A stretch of 44,106 nt of DNA from Spirogloea muscicola (lineage: Eukaryota), in the NCBI GenBank assembly GCA_009602725.1, contig WELB01000031.1, positions 327,331-371,436 on the forward strand, read 5' to 3'. Under the pieces are notes generated by a model. It saw only the letters and a program-made list of their open reading frames with translations, was not told where the DNA came from and searched no databases. Below, piece by piece: positions 27,715-41,100 of the stretch; the stretch's first letter is position 1, and each line of letters opens with the position of its first letter. A program made the position numbers and the translations under genes.

Positions 27715-30700
27715 CGGCGGCGGCGGCGGCGGTGGCGGTGCTGGCGCCGCCGGCGGCCCCAGGCGCGCGCCCTCCAAGAAGGGCTCCGTTGCCCGCCGCA
27801 AAGGCAGCCAGGCCAGCAACGGCGTGAAGAAGGGGGCCGATGGCAGGTAGGCACAAGCACTGGACGCCTGGCTCGTCCACTTCCCACTCTTCCATCAAAG
27901 GGAGGCAGCCACTCGCTGGAGCTCAAGTGGCGTTCAATGAGAGATTCTTGGAAGCATCTCATCTACTTTCTGTCCTTCCTTGTGTATGGTTGTCATGGCC
28001 CTTGTGAGCTGGCAATCATCGTCCGTATTTTAGATTGCAAATCTATATGGGCACATCCACAGGCTGAGAGAGTGGTGTGACTGAGAAACTCCGTAGTAGA
28101 GTTGTGAAGCTCATTTTACGTGGATTTGCATGGCATAAACTTCTGGCAGTATAAGAAGCTGCGGCCAGTTTAGGTTGAGGTCCTCATTGGACATCGCAAT
28201 CCACCTAGCCATGGTCAGCACTTCCCTATTCTTCATTGCTTACTGGTTCTCTTGCTTGCAATCTACACACAGACCAGGGGAGCGGACTGTGAGGAGGCTC
28301 AAGCTATCAAAGGCTTTGACAATCCCTGATACAACAACCATAGCAGATGCTTGCCGTCGAATGGCGGCTCGAAGAGTGGATGCTGCTCTCTTGACAGATT
28401 CTAATGCTCTCTTGTGCGGTATTGTTACCGACAAGGTCGTCTACATACACAGTCCTTTTGCTTTAAGCGCACACTTGCATATTCACACTTGGAATATCTC
28501 AGCATTATGCAATTTGGCACGATTGTTTGCAGCCAACATCAAGCGTTCAATCTGCTGGGTATCCGTTGTTGTCTAGTAGTCCTCCTCAGCTGCTTGTCTG
28601 GCCTGTACTGCTAGTTAGGGTTCTCCACCAAGCCTTGATCGATTGAGCACATGCACAATGCACATCTGGCCTCTCACACTGTTTCCATCTCGCAACACTG
28701 CAGGATATAGCTCTTCGAGTCATTGCAGAGGGACGAAGTGTGGATGACACGCCAGTGTCAGCTGTCATGACCAGGAATCCCTTGTTTGTCAACATCGACA
28801 CATCTGCTGTAGAAGCCCTGCAGAAAATGGTCACTGGTAAGTCATTTTCTGCCAGACATGCCCTTGCTTGATTGGCTCAGGAGTGGGTACAGCCTTCATA
28901 CTTGATTATCAGAATGTAGCTGGTGTCTAATGCCCTTGCACTTTCACTGAACAAGATCTGCTCCTGCAGGTCGCTTCAGACATCTGCCGGTGGTAGAGAA
29001 CAATGAAGTTGTAGCTCTACTGGACATCACAAAGTGCCTATATGATGCTATTGCTCGTATGGAAAGAGCAGCAGAAAAGGGAAACGCTATTGCTGCGGCT
29101 GTGGAAGGCGTGGAACGTGAATTTGGGAACACCATATCAGGTACAATTAACCGAGTGTTTATCTCACAATGCTCTGGCATGGAATGGTCTGGTTCTGCTC
29201 GCCCAGTGTGCAGATTGACCAATGCACAAGCCTGCTGTATTACAAGTAGTACAAGTACTGGCAGCTGCAGTAGTGATGTGAGTGGGCACGTAATAGTGGA
29301 AGAAGATATGCGGCTCTTCATGGGGGACTTCTTGACAACATTGTGAGAGCGTCGTACCTCTTTAGAGATCGCAGTCACCTATTGACTGGACCGGCTGGGT
29401 GGTCATGGCAGCTCCATCAACCTTCATTGATACACTTCGTGAGAGGATGTTCCGGCCTACTCTCTCAACCCTTGTAGGTGATCAGAGCAGGTAACCTGTG
29501 TGCCAGACGATTTAGGTTTATATGCTGCCTACCTGTCAGCAGTCAAGATCCAATGGCGTGCCGGTGGAGTAGGTGCATAGGAATGCGCATGTTGCTCCTC
29601 ATCGGCATTGTAGTTTGCACTGCACGTGTTGCGAAGGCATGTTGAGCACAGCTCCTGACAGTTCTCATTATTGCCTATGTGCATCACGGGATGTGCAGGG
29701 TAGCCATTGCAGCTCCTGGAGATTCTGTGTTCGCTGCAGCCAAGCAGATGAAAGAAGCCAAAAGCAGTGCCGTCATTGTCACAAATGAGAGTAGCAGCAA
29801 GCCCTTGGGCATCCTCACGTGAGTGTGATTGTAGTATACAAATGATTGAATCTTCATGATGTGCTGCAAGAACCTGGATGAAGTCGGTAATGGTCAGCTG
29901 CGTAGGATATCTCATTGCTTGCTTAGTCCATGGCATGCAGTGCAACAGTACTCCTACGCTTTTGAGCAGCGTCTTGTACTAAGACACTGATCATTATGCT
30001 ACACAGGACGAAGGATATTCTGCTTCGTGTGGTAGCCATGAATCGGACACCTGATGAGACTCCAATAAGCCAGGTACTGTTTGCTTTTCTTGGTCAAGCA
30101 TGTCATGGGGCTTGGTTATCCTCTTGGACATTCATGTTGTGATGTTGCTTGAGAAGTAGTGTAGGTGATTCTTGCCTGCTCTGTGAGTGATCTTGCGCCT
30201 CCGAGTGCAGAGCTTGATAAACCCAAAGTATCATGCACATCTGTAAGAAGAGAAATATTTTGCAGATTACAAAATTCAAGAGTTGAATTTTGTAATTTCC
30301 CGCATATGTAGGTGATGACGGCAAGTCCAGAGTGTGCTGCTCTTGACACAACTGTTGTGGATGCCCTTCACATCATGCACGACGGAAAGTTCTTACATCT
30401 GCCCATAGTCGACAGAGGTATGATAGCTCAGTGACACTGCATATACAACAATCACATAGACGCTGTGGTGACTACTAGATTGTTCGTAGTTCCTGTCTAC
30501 AAGGGCTCATCTTACATCTCTTGCATGACATGTTTGCTCTATGGACGTGTTCGCATGACGTCCATCGATAATACCATAATCTGTTCACTCTTTCCTGCTG
30601 TACAGATGGCAATGTTGTGGCGTGTGTGGATGTAATACAGCTGACTCATGGAGCTGTTGCGACTGCTGTAAGTGCCATCCCAGACTTTGCAAGTCGTCAC

Positions 30701-32370
30701 ATCAGGAGTATGCTTGGAGCCAGCGCCAGCTTAGCCTGAGCCACAAGCTGACTTGCATTGGGCTACATTGCGAACGGCTGTTTTGCAGGTTGGTAATGCT
30801 GGCAGTGCAGCAGAAGCTGCAAGTAATATGATGCAGAAGTTCTGGGACTCCACCCTGGCGTTGGATGCAGCAGAGGACGAGGATGAGACCAGGTATAGTA
30901 TGACCTGTAATTGTTCAAGCTTAACAATTGCAGTAAGCAAGGGGATTTGTTCCTTTGAGTCAGTCGACACTAGCGACATGGTCTGCTAAGATAAGACACA
31001 AGGCAGATATTCCTTAGAGTCTGTCAGGGTGGCAGGCGGTGGCATCAGCAACTTTGGTTCCTTGATTGTCAGATTCACTACTGGCTGCCTTTGAAGGAGA
31101 CGCAGTCTCTCTTCAAGCAACTGACACTTTTGGGGGTTTGGCCATGGACTTGCGATATCATATTAGTCTGGGAATGGAGCCTGATGTTCACTCCATCTCA
31201 ATGTGCAGTGTATACGATAGTGAGATATCGCATCCAAATGGGTTAAGAGGAGGTGCTCAGGTTGACCATGTATTTTCTTTCAAGATGGAAGATCTGAAGG
31301 GGCGTGTTCATCGCTTCTCCTGTGGTGCGCATGTGCTTTCAAATCGCTTGATGTGACATAAATTTACTCGAGTAGGTTGGTGTTCACTGGTTGATGCATG
31401 TCTACAAGAGTAGGAGTGACATTACTCCAAGTAATATAAGTAGGACTCTCCAGTGACTTGGAGTACAACAGTTATTTGAAGACTACTGTCATTTCTAGTG
31501 CAGGGTGTGGTACTGCATTTGTTGCAACCTTCTTGATTGAGACAGGTTTTACATGTTTGTGTACATGGCAGGCACAGAGAGTCTGACAGAGCTCGTTGTG
31601 GCAGTTGCCGGGAGGTTAGGAAGTGACTTCGACCCTGACAACCCTCCCTCTGTCCTGGTAAGTCGCATCACTGAAATAGTATAAACAATAAAATCAACTC
31701 TGAGGTCCGCTGCTTCACTAGCTCACTGACCTGCTTACGTTTCTCTTCAGTATGAGGATGATGAGAAGGACAAGGTGCTACTCAACTCGGACGAAGATCT
31801 TGCTGCTGCAGTAAGCTTTGCACGCACCACAGGCCTTAAGGTACTCGGCACTTGACTCGCTTCATCTTCTGTTTCATTTGCAAAAGAAGCAGAAGATGGC
31901 TGCATGCCAGCTTATTCTTAGAAAGACACGCCTGGGAGCATGCAAGAGCTTTAGCTTCATCATCAAGCTTCGACCTATTGTATAGCAACACAATACCAAT
32001 TGCATCATGCACTGGCGGGCTTTTGCATATCTCAATACCATTGCACTGCATCATGAACTGTTGTGTCACGATCAAATCTCAAAATCCACAAGGCACCTTG
32101 TTGTGGGTGTAACTGCAGTCATTGAAGTTGGTCTTTGACTTCTCCGAGGCCCCAACTGAGAATTTGAGGAAAGCAAGCAAGGAGGTGAAGAACGAGAGGT
32201 CTGGCAGCACCACGACGTCCCGGTACATCAGAAATGTGGTCCTGGTCACAGCTGTGGCCTGTGTTGCAGGCGCAGCCCTATACCACTCCAAGTATCGAGA
32301 GCAAGTCGAGGCCTCTTCAGAGCCACTCCGAAAGTACTTTCGGCGACTACCTCATCATCGTCCTGCGTAG
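27715..32370 (+). CDS. CBS-CBS-PB1-transmembrane protein (plant CBSCBSPB family), 5'-incomplete at an N
   Basis: Exons: 27715-27846, 28273-28435 (GERTVRRLKLSKALTIPD), 28704-28836, 28970-29140 (RFRHLPVVEN...MERAAEKGNAIAAAVEGVE), 29412-29490, 29699-29818, 30007-30073, 30312-30417 (MHDGKFLHLP), 30606-30667, 30789-30892 (MMQKFWDS), 31209-31324 (FSFK...GRVHRF), 31572-31657, 31751-31840 (PB1 YEDDEKDKVLL) and 32119-32370 (TM helix VVLVTAVACVAGAALY). Confidence 0.93.
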
Positions 32371-32872
32371 ACCCCACTTGAGGACGCCATGACAGCGATA
32401 ATTTAAGCATCATGCTGCCATGCGATTTGACAACCATTTTTAGGCTCATAAGCTGTTAGCCGTCCACATTTGACGACAATCTGAGCTATCTCCACTTCAA
32501 GGCAGTGAAATGTGCAAGGGGAGCGAGCCACTTGCAGACACACTGCATTGTAAAGACCAAGGATCACTTGTGCAGAATTAAATTGGTCCTAGCATCTTAG
32601 CTCACATGCCACACTTGGCTAAGGCAGGCGGGTGTTCACTTATTCTACTATTACAAGATTGCGAAGTCCTCAGCAAGCTCTCAAGCATGCTGCATGCCTA
32701 ACCACTTCCTTTCGCCTATGCTGCAGAAGGTGCCTTAATGTGAGGTAACAGGTGCCTGAATTGTGGGTCGAAGCACATCGAAATCTGAATGCTGCCGGGC
32801 CATCTGCTGGCTCGTGAAATTTTTGCATCTGCTCTTGCTCAAGGTGCCAGAAAGGTCTGCATGCAACGGCTT

Positions 32873-35800
32873 TTATGGCAGTGGCGCACCAGTTGTACCT
32901 GCAAGTTTGGGCATGCCTTACTGTAAGTGCAGGGTACATCTTATGCATGATTCCTCTTACTTGTTGCTTAACATTGTGGAGCTCAGCGGGAATCACTATG
33001 GTCCTCTTTGTGCTGGTCTTATCAACAGAAGCAACTGTCCGAGGTCAGTGGGGTCTTTGTACGAACAGTTCTGTAGTGCAAAGCCGAGCTTCCAATTGTC
33101 CCTATCATAGACCACAAGATGATTCCGCAGAGCCAGATCTGCAGGTAACAAGACTGTTTGGGATGCCTGAAGGAAATGAGTTGCACTTAGTAGACTGTTA
33201 CTTGCTTAGAATCTGGATCTAACACATTCCAAGAAGTTCTTGTCAAGGAGGCGGACAGAGACTGAGCTCATGAGCTACTTACCACCGAAGATGGTCAAGT
33301 TGGCATAAATCAGCACCATTGAGTCGTAGCAACCGATACAGGCAATGGGGACCTGCTTGGATGACCAAGGAAGGATGGGTGACAATACGTCTCTGGGTCT
33401 CTGTCATCACGCCTGGGTGTAATTAGCAGTATCCATTGCAAGCAAGAGCTGCACGCACTGAAGCAGCCACAATGCACTACAGGAGGGAAAGCACAGGAGT
33501 GTGAAAGAGCAAGTGAGCAGGCTCCGTCGCCGGCCTTACAAAGATCCACAAGTAGTTGCTCGGAAGGAGCTGCAGGTCAGCATCCTTGAAGTGGACTGTG
33601 GCGTTGGGGAAGTAGTCTGCGATCGCTCCTGCGGCGCTGCCATTGCGCACTAATGCATTGGTGGGCCCTTTCGAGGACCAAACCTTTCTTTCATGAAACT
33701 AGCTCTAATCACTTTCATGCCGTCAGAAACGAATGCCTGGGCTGCTGTTGGTACTCAAATAGGAGAGAGGCTTGCAAATGGCCGGTGTCCTGACGTTGAG
33801 GTGTTGTAGCAGAAGTTAAGAATGCTGGACACGTCTGCTCCCGCCAGCTCATTGATCTGCTCCTGGCTCAATCGCTGCAGCTTCACAGTCCGGTTGATCT
33901 GCGAAGCAGCATATTGTGATCCAGACCCCAATGGCAATACCAATTAAACAGAGTGGCAGAGGTCAGTGCACTCAAGAGGTCAGGTTCTTGCTTATGCCTT
34001 GCCCCCGCATCAACAGAGCTTACATTTGACACTGTAGCTTGGATTTCTCGGTGCAGGAGGATGACCCAAGCTAGCCATCTTGCTGGAGGCCGTCACCTGG
34101 TCGGTAAAGGCCGCATAGGCCGCTGGGGGCAGGAGGATTGCTGTCGTGCCGCTGTCAACGATTGCACCGACTTGCCCCGGCAACGAGCGCACGTACTCGC
34201 CCCAGTCAACGCGCAGGTCGTTGCCCGCCACGCTCATGTGCTCAATACTGACATTGTACAGGCTGCAGCGCGATTGCCCGTGGCCTGTGCCACATTAGCA
34301 TTGCTACAACGCAACTTCACCCCTACTACAGAAGCAATGTAGTCAATCTCAAGAACCCAGAATACTATCTGGGTTTGTGCAGTATAATGAAGAGATACGA
34401 AGCTCGTCCTGAAAGAGGCGGTGGCTGTGAAAGGCCAGCTCAGAAGAAATCTAATAGAAAGGCCGGCAACCTGCAGGAGGTTAGAGCGGCCCCGATAATT
34501 GGTGCATTTTGATTGGTGTAGCATTGAGTGATTTACATGGGGTCCGTGCCAATGGGTGTCGTCTGCAGGCCGCCAGGGTACGGGCTCCCGTTGTAGAAGG
34601 TGAGCGTGCCGCCGCCCTCCTCGCCTCCGAGGCAGTGCGAGAACGTGCTCGACTGCAGCACCTGGCGCTGCTTGAGCTGGGACGGCAGCGAGAGGCTGCC
34701 CTTGCCCAGCCCCATGAGGCCGTTGGTGGGCGCCATCGCCACGTTGCCCTTCTCGTGCTCGTCACACCTGCAGCGGCAGATGTGACATCCGCGCTACTTT
34801 TCCACATGCAGAATTACAGCTTCTGATATCTTGCTAGCACAAGCACTTGTGAAACGTTGTCGTCACAATTGACATAACGAGCTCGGTTGCTATGATCTGA
34901 CGTGAGCAAGCTGCAGTTGATGAGCTCGAGGAGAAGGAAAACATCGTCGCAAGATGGTCCCAGTCGAAGCAGTGTTACATTGTCAAGCTTGGAGTCTAAA
35001 GCCTGTTTGTCTAGGTATAGGCTGAAGGCGATACTAAGTACACATTGAAGACAACCGGTCCTTGATGTGCAGGTTTTTATCATACCCAAATATGACTCTG
35101 CAGGACAGTTTGGTGCCGCTGTTGCCGAGAGCCACTTTGTCCTCCACAAGCCAGCCGGCGGTGTAGCTGCGATCGCCGTAGATGGCGACGTAGTTGCACC
35201 TCTTGTTGTCACCACCGCATCCTACTACACACTCGCCTCCTGCACTCAATGGGCTGCAAGCGTATCCACAGCCTGCTGCATATGGTCCGCTGCACTCCGA
35301 CTGGTTGAGCTGGGAGCAGAGGTCACAGTTGATGCGGTGGTGGGAGCTGGACATTTGAGGTGCAAAGGGGAGTGCCTGTAGTACATTGTACAGTCAATCA
35401 GGCCTGCTGCCTAAGTTGCCTCATCAGTACATCTCATGGTCAATGAGAGCTTGCTGTCTAACTTGCCGCATCGCAATTTCGCCGACAGTTTGAGGACCTT
35501 CTATGCCGGTGCGGGTGCATTTGATGTAGCCACGAACTGCCAGGAAAGATCTGTCCTCTGATATGAACACAATCATCGGTGTGTTGCTGACTGAAAACAC
35601 GTCGTACCTCTGGTGAGACATGGCAGCCAAGGCAGGGCAGGCATTGCACCCATAGCAGGTCGCTGCCTGTGTCGATCTGCACGTGCATTGTCTGCTTCAA
35701 GGACCCCAGCGTGATCTTGACCCAGTACAACCTGCGCATGCACTACACAACAAGCTCGTACTTTGTGGCGTTCACGCTCCAGAAGCTGACATATTAGAAT

Positions 35801-36883
35801 CCTAAGTGAAATGCAGGAGCCTGCAGCTGATCTCCACTTGCGGGCAGCCAGCTTAGTAATCCAAGGACCTGCAGACTTGCTAGCCTATTTACGTCATCGT
35901 AGAGCAGCCCTTTCGCCCTCAAGGTCCATGGACATTGCTAATACGAGCTAGTGATTGCAGTGTTGACGAGTAGCAGAGCCTGCTAGCTGTGCGTGCTTAC
36001 CCATTCTGCTCAACTCCTCCATGCAAGTCCACCTCAGTCGGGCCAGGACCAGGGCTTTCGCTCGGCTCGTCGCTCGTAGTCTGCCTTGTACCTGGTTGGC
36101 TCTGGTGAGCGACACATCCACGCAGCAACCGAGACCGATGCCTGCATCACTAGCTACCTTGGCAATCGACGATCAAGATATGTCTGTGTGGGTCTGTGAC
36201 GCTGTCTTTAAAGATCACAACTTCTATGAGTATGCACATACTGCCACGAACTGTTGCTTATTTTGAGGTCTTTGTGCTTTGTTGCTCTTGAAGCTTGCAT
36301 GTGACTAGCTGCTCACCTTAGTGACGCTTGCTTCTCTGTGCTCGAGAACACAGAGAAGGTACTTGCTCCGAGAGCGTGTGGAGGCGAGGACCCTCTCCGC
36401 GAACTCATGAAGCCCATCCAGTAGCTTTCCGCGTCCTCCGAAGGCATCAACTTCCCGAGAGAACCTGTTGCACAACCATATATGAAACACGATCTGGGTC
36501 TTAGATGATCGATGAAGCATTGCAGGTCTCAATCCATGCAGGCTGCAGGCAGACCAGCGACTAGTCATAAGCACTTGTCCTCCCAATGGGGCAGCCAGAA
36601 AAGGATGAAGCCCTCGCTCGACCTCCATCTACTAGGCTGCGAGCGCAGGATTAAGTGCTTGTCAAGTCCCAAACGCTCAAGGAGTCACTCCAGCAGACAT
36701 CACAGAGCAAGCAATCTGCTTTGTAGGTGACCGGTGATGGAGTGCGAGATTGATGGCAGAGCTGGAAGCTCGCTGGCCAGGGCCGCGGCTTCCGGCGGGC
36801 CTCGTCGCGCCGGCTTCTGTCAAGCCCAAGGCCGAGAGCAGCAGGAGCCCACAAGCGGCGGCCAGAACTGCCAGGCCTGTCAT
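32873..36883 (-). CDS. Secreted pepsin-like (A1) atypical aspartic protease, TAXi_N/TAXi_C type
   Basis: Signal peptide MTGLAVLAAACGLLLLSALG (ATG at 36883). Motifs: LYWVKITLG, catalytic IDTGSDLLWVQC, Cys-rich insert, YGD, GLMGLG, FSHCL, second catalytic VDSGTT, and TIFGDLALRNHLVVYDRDNWKLGF. The last exon reads CTTGAPLP with TAA ending at 32873. Confidence 0.9.
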
Positions 36884-37501
36884 GGTCCCACTCCACTGCA
36901 GGCTGAGCCGCCGTGACGTGGGCTGCACCGCTTGCGATGGGTTCCACCGCAGGCGATGTGGGTCAGTGAATCTGTGGGCGGCCGCTCGGCAAGCCTCCGA
37001 GCAAGACTGTATGGCGAGGCTCTTGCGGAAGGCCGGGGCCTGCAAGGGAGGCGACCCGGCTGGCTGGCGTCCGCCCGGGGTTGGGCCATGGCTGGCCAGC
37101 TGCAGGCGGGGCGGCCCGGCCATGGCCATCCGCGGCCTGCATGGGGCGTACGTGCATGCATGATCACCATCACCACCACCATCATCCTCACCATCATTCA
37201 CCGAAGTAGGCCTTTGTATAATGGGGTGCTTCATGTCCAATAATCATTTCGGCTTCACAAATTTCTGCGAGGAATTGAGCAGTCATGGAAAAAGCAATGG
37301 GCTGACATTAGTTGCATGACTGCTAAGATTGAGAGTAGCACAGACTCCAGGATATCGGTAGGACATTTGTGGAGACTGTAGTATAATATCGATGTGGTTT
37401 GATTGCAGCTACTGGCAACATAAGAGATCGGAGAGTTTTATCTCAAAGTTATTGAAGGGTTCGCAGTCATACAGGACTTCGAACAATGACTCGTGCAGGC
37501 T

Positions 37502-37577
37502 ATTCTTGTTAGCTTTGCTTGGAGTGATTCTTGTTAGCTTTGCTTGAAGTGATTCAGCTATGCGAGCTGAATCACTT
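37502..37577. repeat. 25-bp tandem duplication overlapping a perfect 13-bp inverted repeat
   Basis: ATTCTTGTTAGCTTTGCTTG(G/A)AGTG x2 at 37502-37551. AAGTGATTCAGCT (37547-37559) pairs with AGCTGAATCACTT (37565-37577). Confidence 0.85.
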
Positions 37578-38157
37578 AGCGTCCTCCATAGTGGAATTGG
37601 AACTGGCAAGGGTCAGGCTGCCCGCTGCCCAAGTGGGCAGCCTGACACACAAGTGGCACTCCTGTCGCAGCAGCCAAGCAGTGTTACAGTTGCACTGGCG
37701 ATCACAGATGGGGCTGCCTGCCAGCTCCCCAAGTGCTCAGCCTGCCCTACCTTGTGCAAGCACAGTGCTAGGTGCTCGCTTACTGATTTCACCAGATACC
37801 ACTGAGGCAGCAATTAAAGCCCACAAAAGAGCATGCGTCATGATTAAGTTCCAAGTGGCTGTTGTAGATGTACAAGGTATGAATTGGTGGCACTCCCACA
37901 AGCTCAATGAGGGGACCACTTGCAGCAAATCCAATCCAGATGCTTGGCACCGCCGTCAGTTACACAGCTAGCATGTCAAAGGATGCCAGATTTAATTTGA
38001 TCCTACTGTGGTAGCTTCAGTATCTTTTGTACGTGGGTCACAAAATAGAGGATGAAGGCACGCGGGAAGTGCTGAGTCTCAAGGAGACTTAGCACTGATA
38101 CTTGATGCGCACAAGCAGAGAAACTTAATGTTGGCAAGTCTGCCAAGACTGCCCACA

Positions 38158-41100
38158 TCAATTGAGGGCCCCGGAGCCTCGGCCAGCCACGCGGACGCTG
38201 GTGGCGCTGTAGTCTTCCATGCGCATCCCGGAGGCAGCACCCCGAATGCCCACACGCTCCTCTTGCTTCTCGTTCTGGAAGTTCACCAGGTCCTTGTCGT
38301 AGGCCCGGCCGTCATGGCTGCCCGCAGCGTGGTCGTTTGGTGCAGCACCATTGCCATTGGCGCTGGTACCCAGGGCGGTGCCATTGAGCTCGCGGTCACT
38401 GGGCTCCTCGGCCTCCTGCATCGTCCACATGTGTGCATACGTGCCGCTGCGCGCGAGCAGCTCCCGGTGCGTTCCCTGCTCCACGACTACGCCCGCCTCC
38501 ATCACCTGCCAGAGCACATGAAGCAGTAGTAAGCCCCCTACTCCTGAGAATCTCAATTATACTCCCTATTGCAGCAATAGTAGCTGGACATCAAGTAGCC
38601 TATTTGACCAAAAGCTTCAGTGACATGCTGAGATTACAATGATAAGCAGCAAGACTGCCATGAAAAGGAAATTGTGGACTTATTAGATGCATGGGGGCTC
38701 ACAATAATCTTGTCGCAATGCATAATGGTGGACAGGCGATGCGCAACAAAGAGGCAGGTGCGGCCCTTGGCAAGCTCTTTGAGCGAATTCAGAATTGCGG
38801 CCTCTGTAGGGGAGTCCAGCGCGCTCGTCGCCTCGTCGCAGATGAGCAACCGCGGAGCCTGTATGGCCACAGCACAAGTGTCACCTGTCAGTCTCGAGGT
38901 CAAACACACTGCTGAAGGTGTTTGCTGAGGGTGTTGATTGAAGTGAGCACTAGCACTAGCACTCGCTAGCACAGCACAGCCTCGTCCTCAGCAAGGACCG
39001 GAGTGGGGCAATCTTGTGCGAGCAAGTGCGTGATCTTGCCTTGAGAAAAGCTCGTGCAATGGCGACGCGCTGCTTCTCCCCACCGCTCAGCTGCAAAGGA
39101 CAAAACAAATCAAGAGAATTGTGGGCAAATCTAAGAGGGCTCCTATAAGAGGTGATTACAGCATGTGCAACTAACAACATAAATGGCTAAGATGAATGAA
39201 GACAAAGAATAATAAAAAGTTCCCTGATTATGACGACCTTAAGCCATTGCAACAACAAAAATAACCTCTGAGGATCTACACATTGTCTACTCGTGGTGCA
39301 GATCAAGCTCGGCATATATAATCCTTAATATGACAAGTATAGATCCTCCGAGGAACCCAGGCATTGCCATGGAGTCCTGCTGACCTTGAGACCACGCTCG
39401 CCGACCATAGTCTCAAAGCCGTCGGGCATGCCCTTAATTGCATCATACAGCTTCTGCAAGAACATTCCATACAGTCAACATAGCCGCATGAAGAGTGCGC
39501 TTCCTACAGCAGAGAAGCCATGTGCAGGCTAGGTGGTAGTGTTCCAAGAAGTGGCAGGCAGGCTTGTCTATGAGTAATGAATTCATGAGGGTTGAAGTTG
39601 GCCAGAGCCTGCAATGACTTCGAGTCAAGGGGACTCACCGCCTGCTTGGCTGCCTGCTCAACCTCCTCGTCTGTTGCCGACGGCCGGCCATACTGAATAT
39701 TGGCCGCAATGGTGTCATTGAAGAGGACCTGCAAGAGTGAGAGTCTTCCATAAGCGGCCAGCAGTAACCTGCACATGACATGGTCGGCCAGCAAGCAGCC
39801 CCAAAACCCAATTCTCTTACTCTAATCAGATGGAAAGACCAGGTCACCTTGGCCCAGGACTAGCTAGCTACACATCTGCGATCCTGTCTCTCAGCCCTGA
39901 ACATTGAATGTTGCGAGCAAGGTCCAGGAAGGAGGTGCCGCCTACAGTGTCCTGCGGCACGACCGCCACGGCACTCCTCAGCGATGCCTGCCACAGACAA
40001 CACTGGGTCAGGATTGCTTGCCCTCGCACGGGCCAGGCTTAGTGCCGGAAGAATGTCAGCATTGCACGCTGCTCCATCTCAATGTCGACCCTCGCGAGCC
40101 AAGTCTCTTCTAACATAATACATTGACAGTGCAGATGAGATTGCCATGTCATAAAAGCACTCTGCCTGTCCAGAAATCTGCAAACATAGGGCGGCAGCCT
40201 CTGTCGCATGCATTGGAGGCTTGCGGTTCAGCACCATGGTGAGGCTGCGGATCTCATGGTTGTCAAGGTACACGGTGCCAGCCTGGGGGTCGTAGAGGCG
40301 CAGCAGCAGCTTGACGATTGTGGACTTGCCTGAACCTGACGGCCCCACCACTGCAATGCTTTGCCCCGGCTCCGCCACAAAGGACACACCCTTCAGCACC
40401 TGGCGCCGTGTGCAAGAGGGCAGCCAACATGAGCCATCTTCACGTAATTGTCAATGTCATGAAAGCAGACCAGAAGATGTACAAGAAGAGCATCCGTTTA
40501 AAAAAAGGCATTGACAATTACGATAATTTTGTGCAAGATTGGAAGTGGCAAGCAAGAGCCTCGACAGGACCTGGCGTGCTGGCGTGTATCCAAACTCAAC
40601 ATTGTACGCGCGCAGCTTCGCGCCACGGCCCGATGGCTCCAGCTCCACGTCGCCGTCGCACAGTGCCGACTTGGTCCTGGTGAAAGAAAGAGCAGACAAA
40701 AGAACGTGGGCGAAAGCTTGCAACGTGGAGACGACAAAGGTTGTGCGTAGAAGACAAGGCAAAACGAGATAGCTGGCGTAAATTTTAGGAGCAGATTGTT
40801 TCTTAGTTGGCCCAACCGTGCACGTTCATTGAAGGGGGGTGGAGGGGGGGTGGGACCTGAGGATGGTGAACATAGCATCCATGTCCACAAGAGACTGCCG
40901 CAGGTCGCGGTACAGGAAACCCAGGAACTGGAGGTGCACAGAAACCAAGCATGGCACATGAGAGGGCAGCCATCACCGCAGCCATTGGGGCGCTAGAAGG
41001 TGCCTCCATGGGCGGGGAATGAGGGCCAGGCGGCACGACGGACCAAGCGCACGGAAGCTTGGTGCTGCATGGAAGTAAGAGGGTGGGAGGACTGGCTCCA

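Noticed and set aside
31423..31465. 10-bp inverted repeat TACTCCAAGT/ACTTGGAGTA in a CBS-gene intron
   Set aside because: Short and isolated, with no target-site duplication; compatible with chance.
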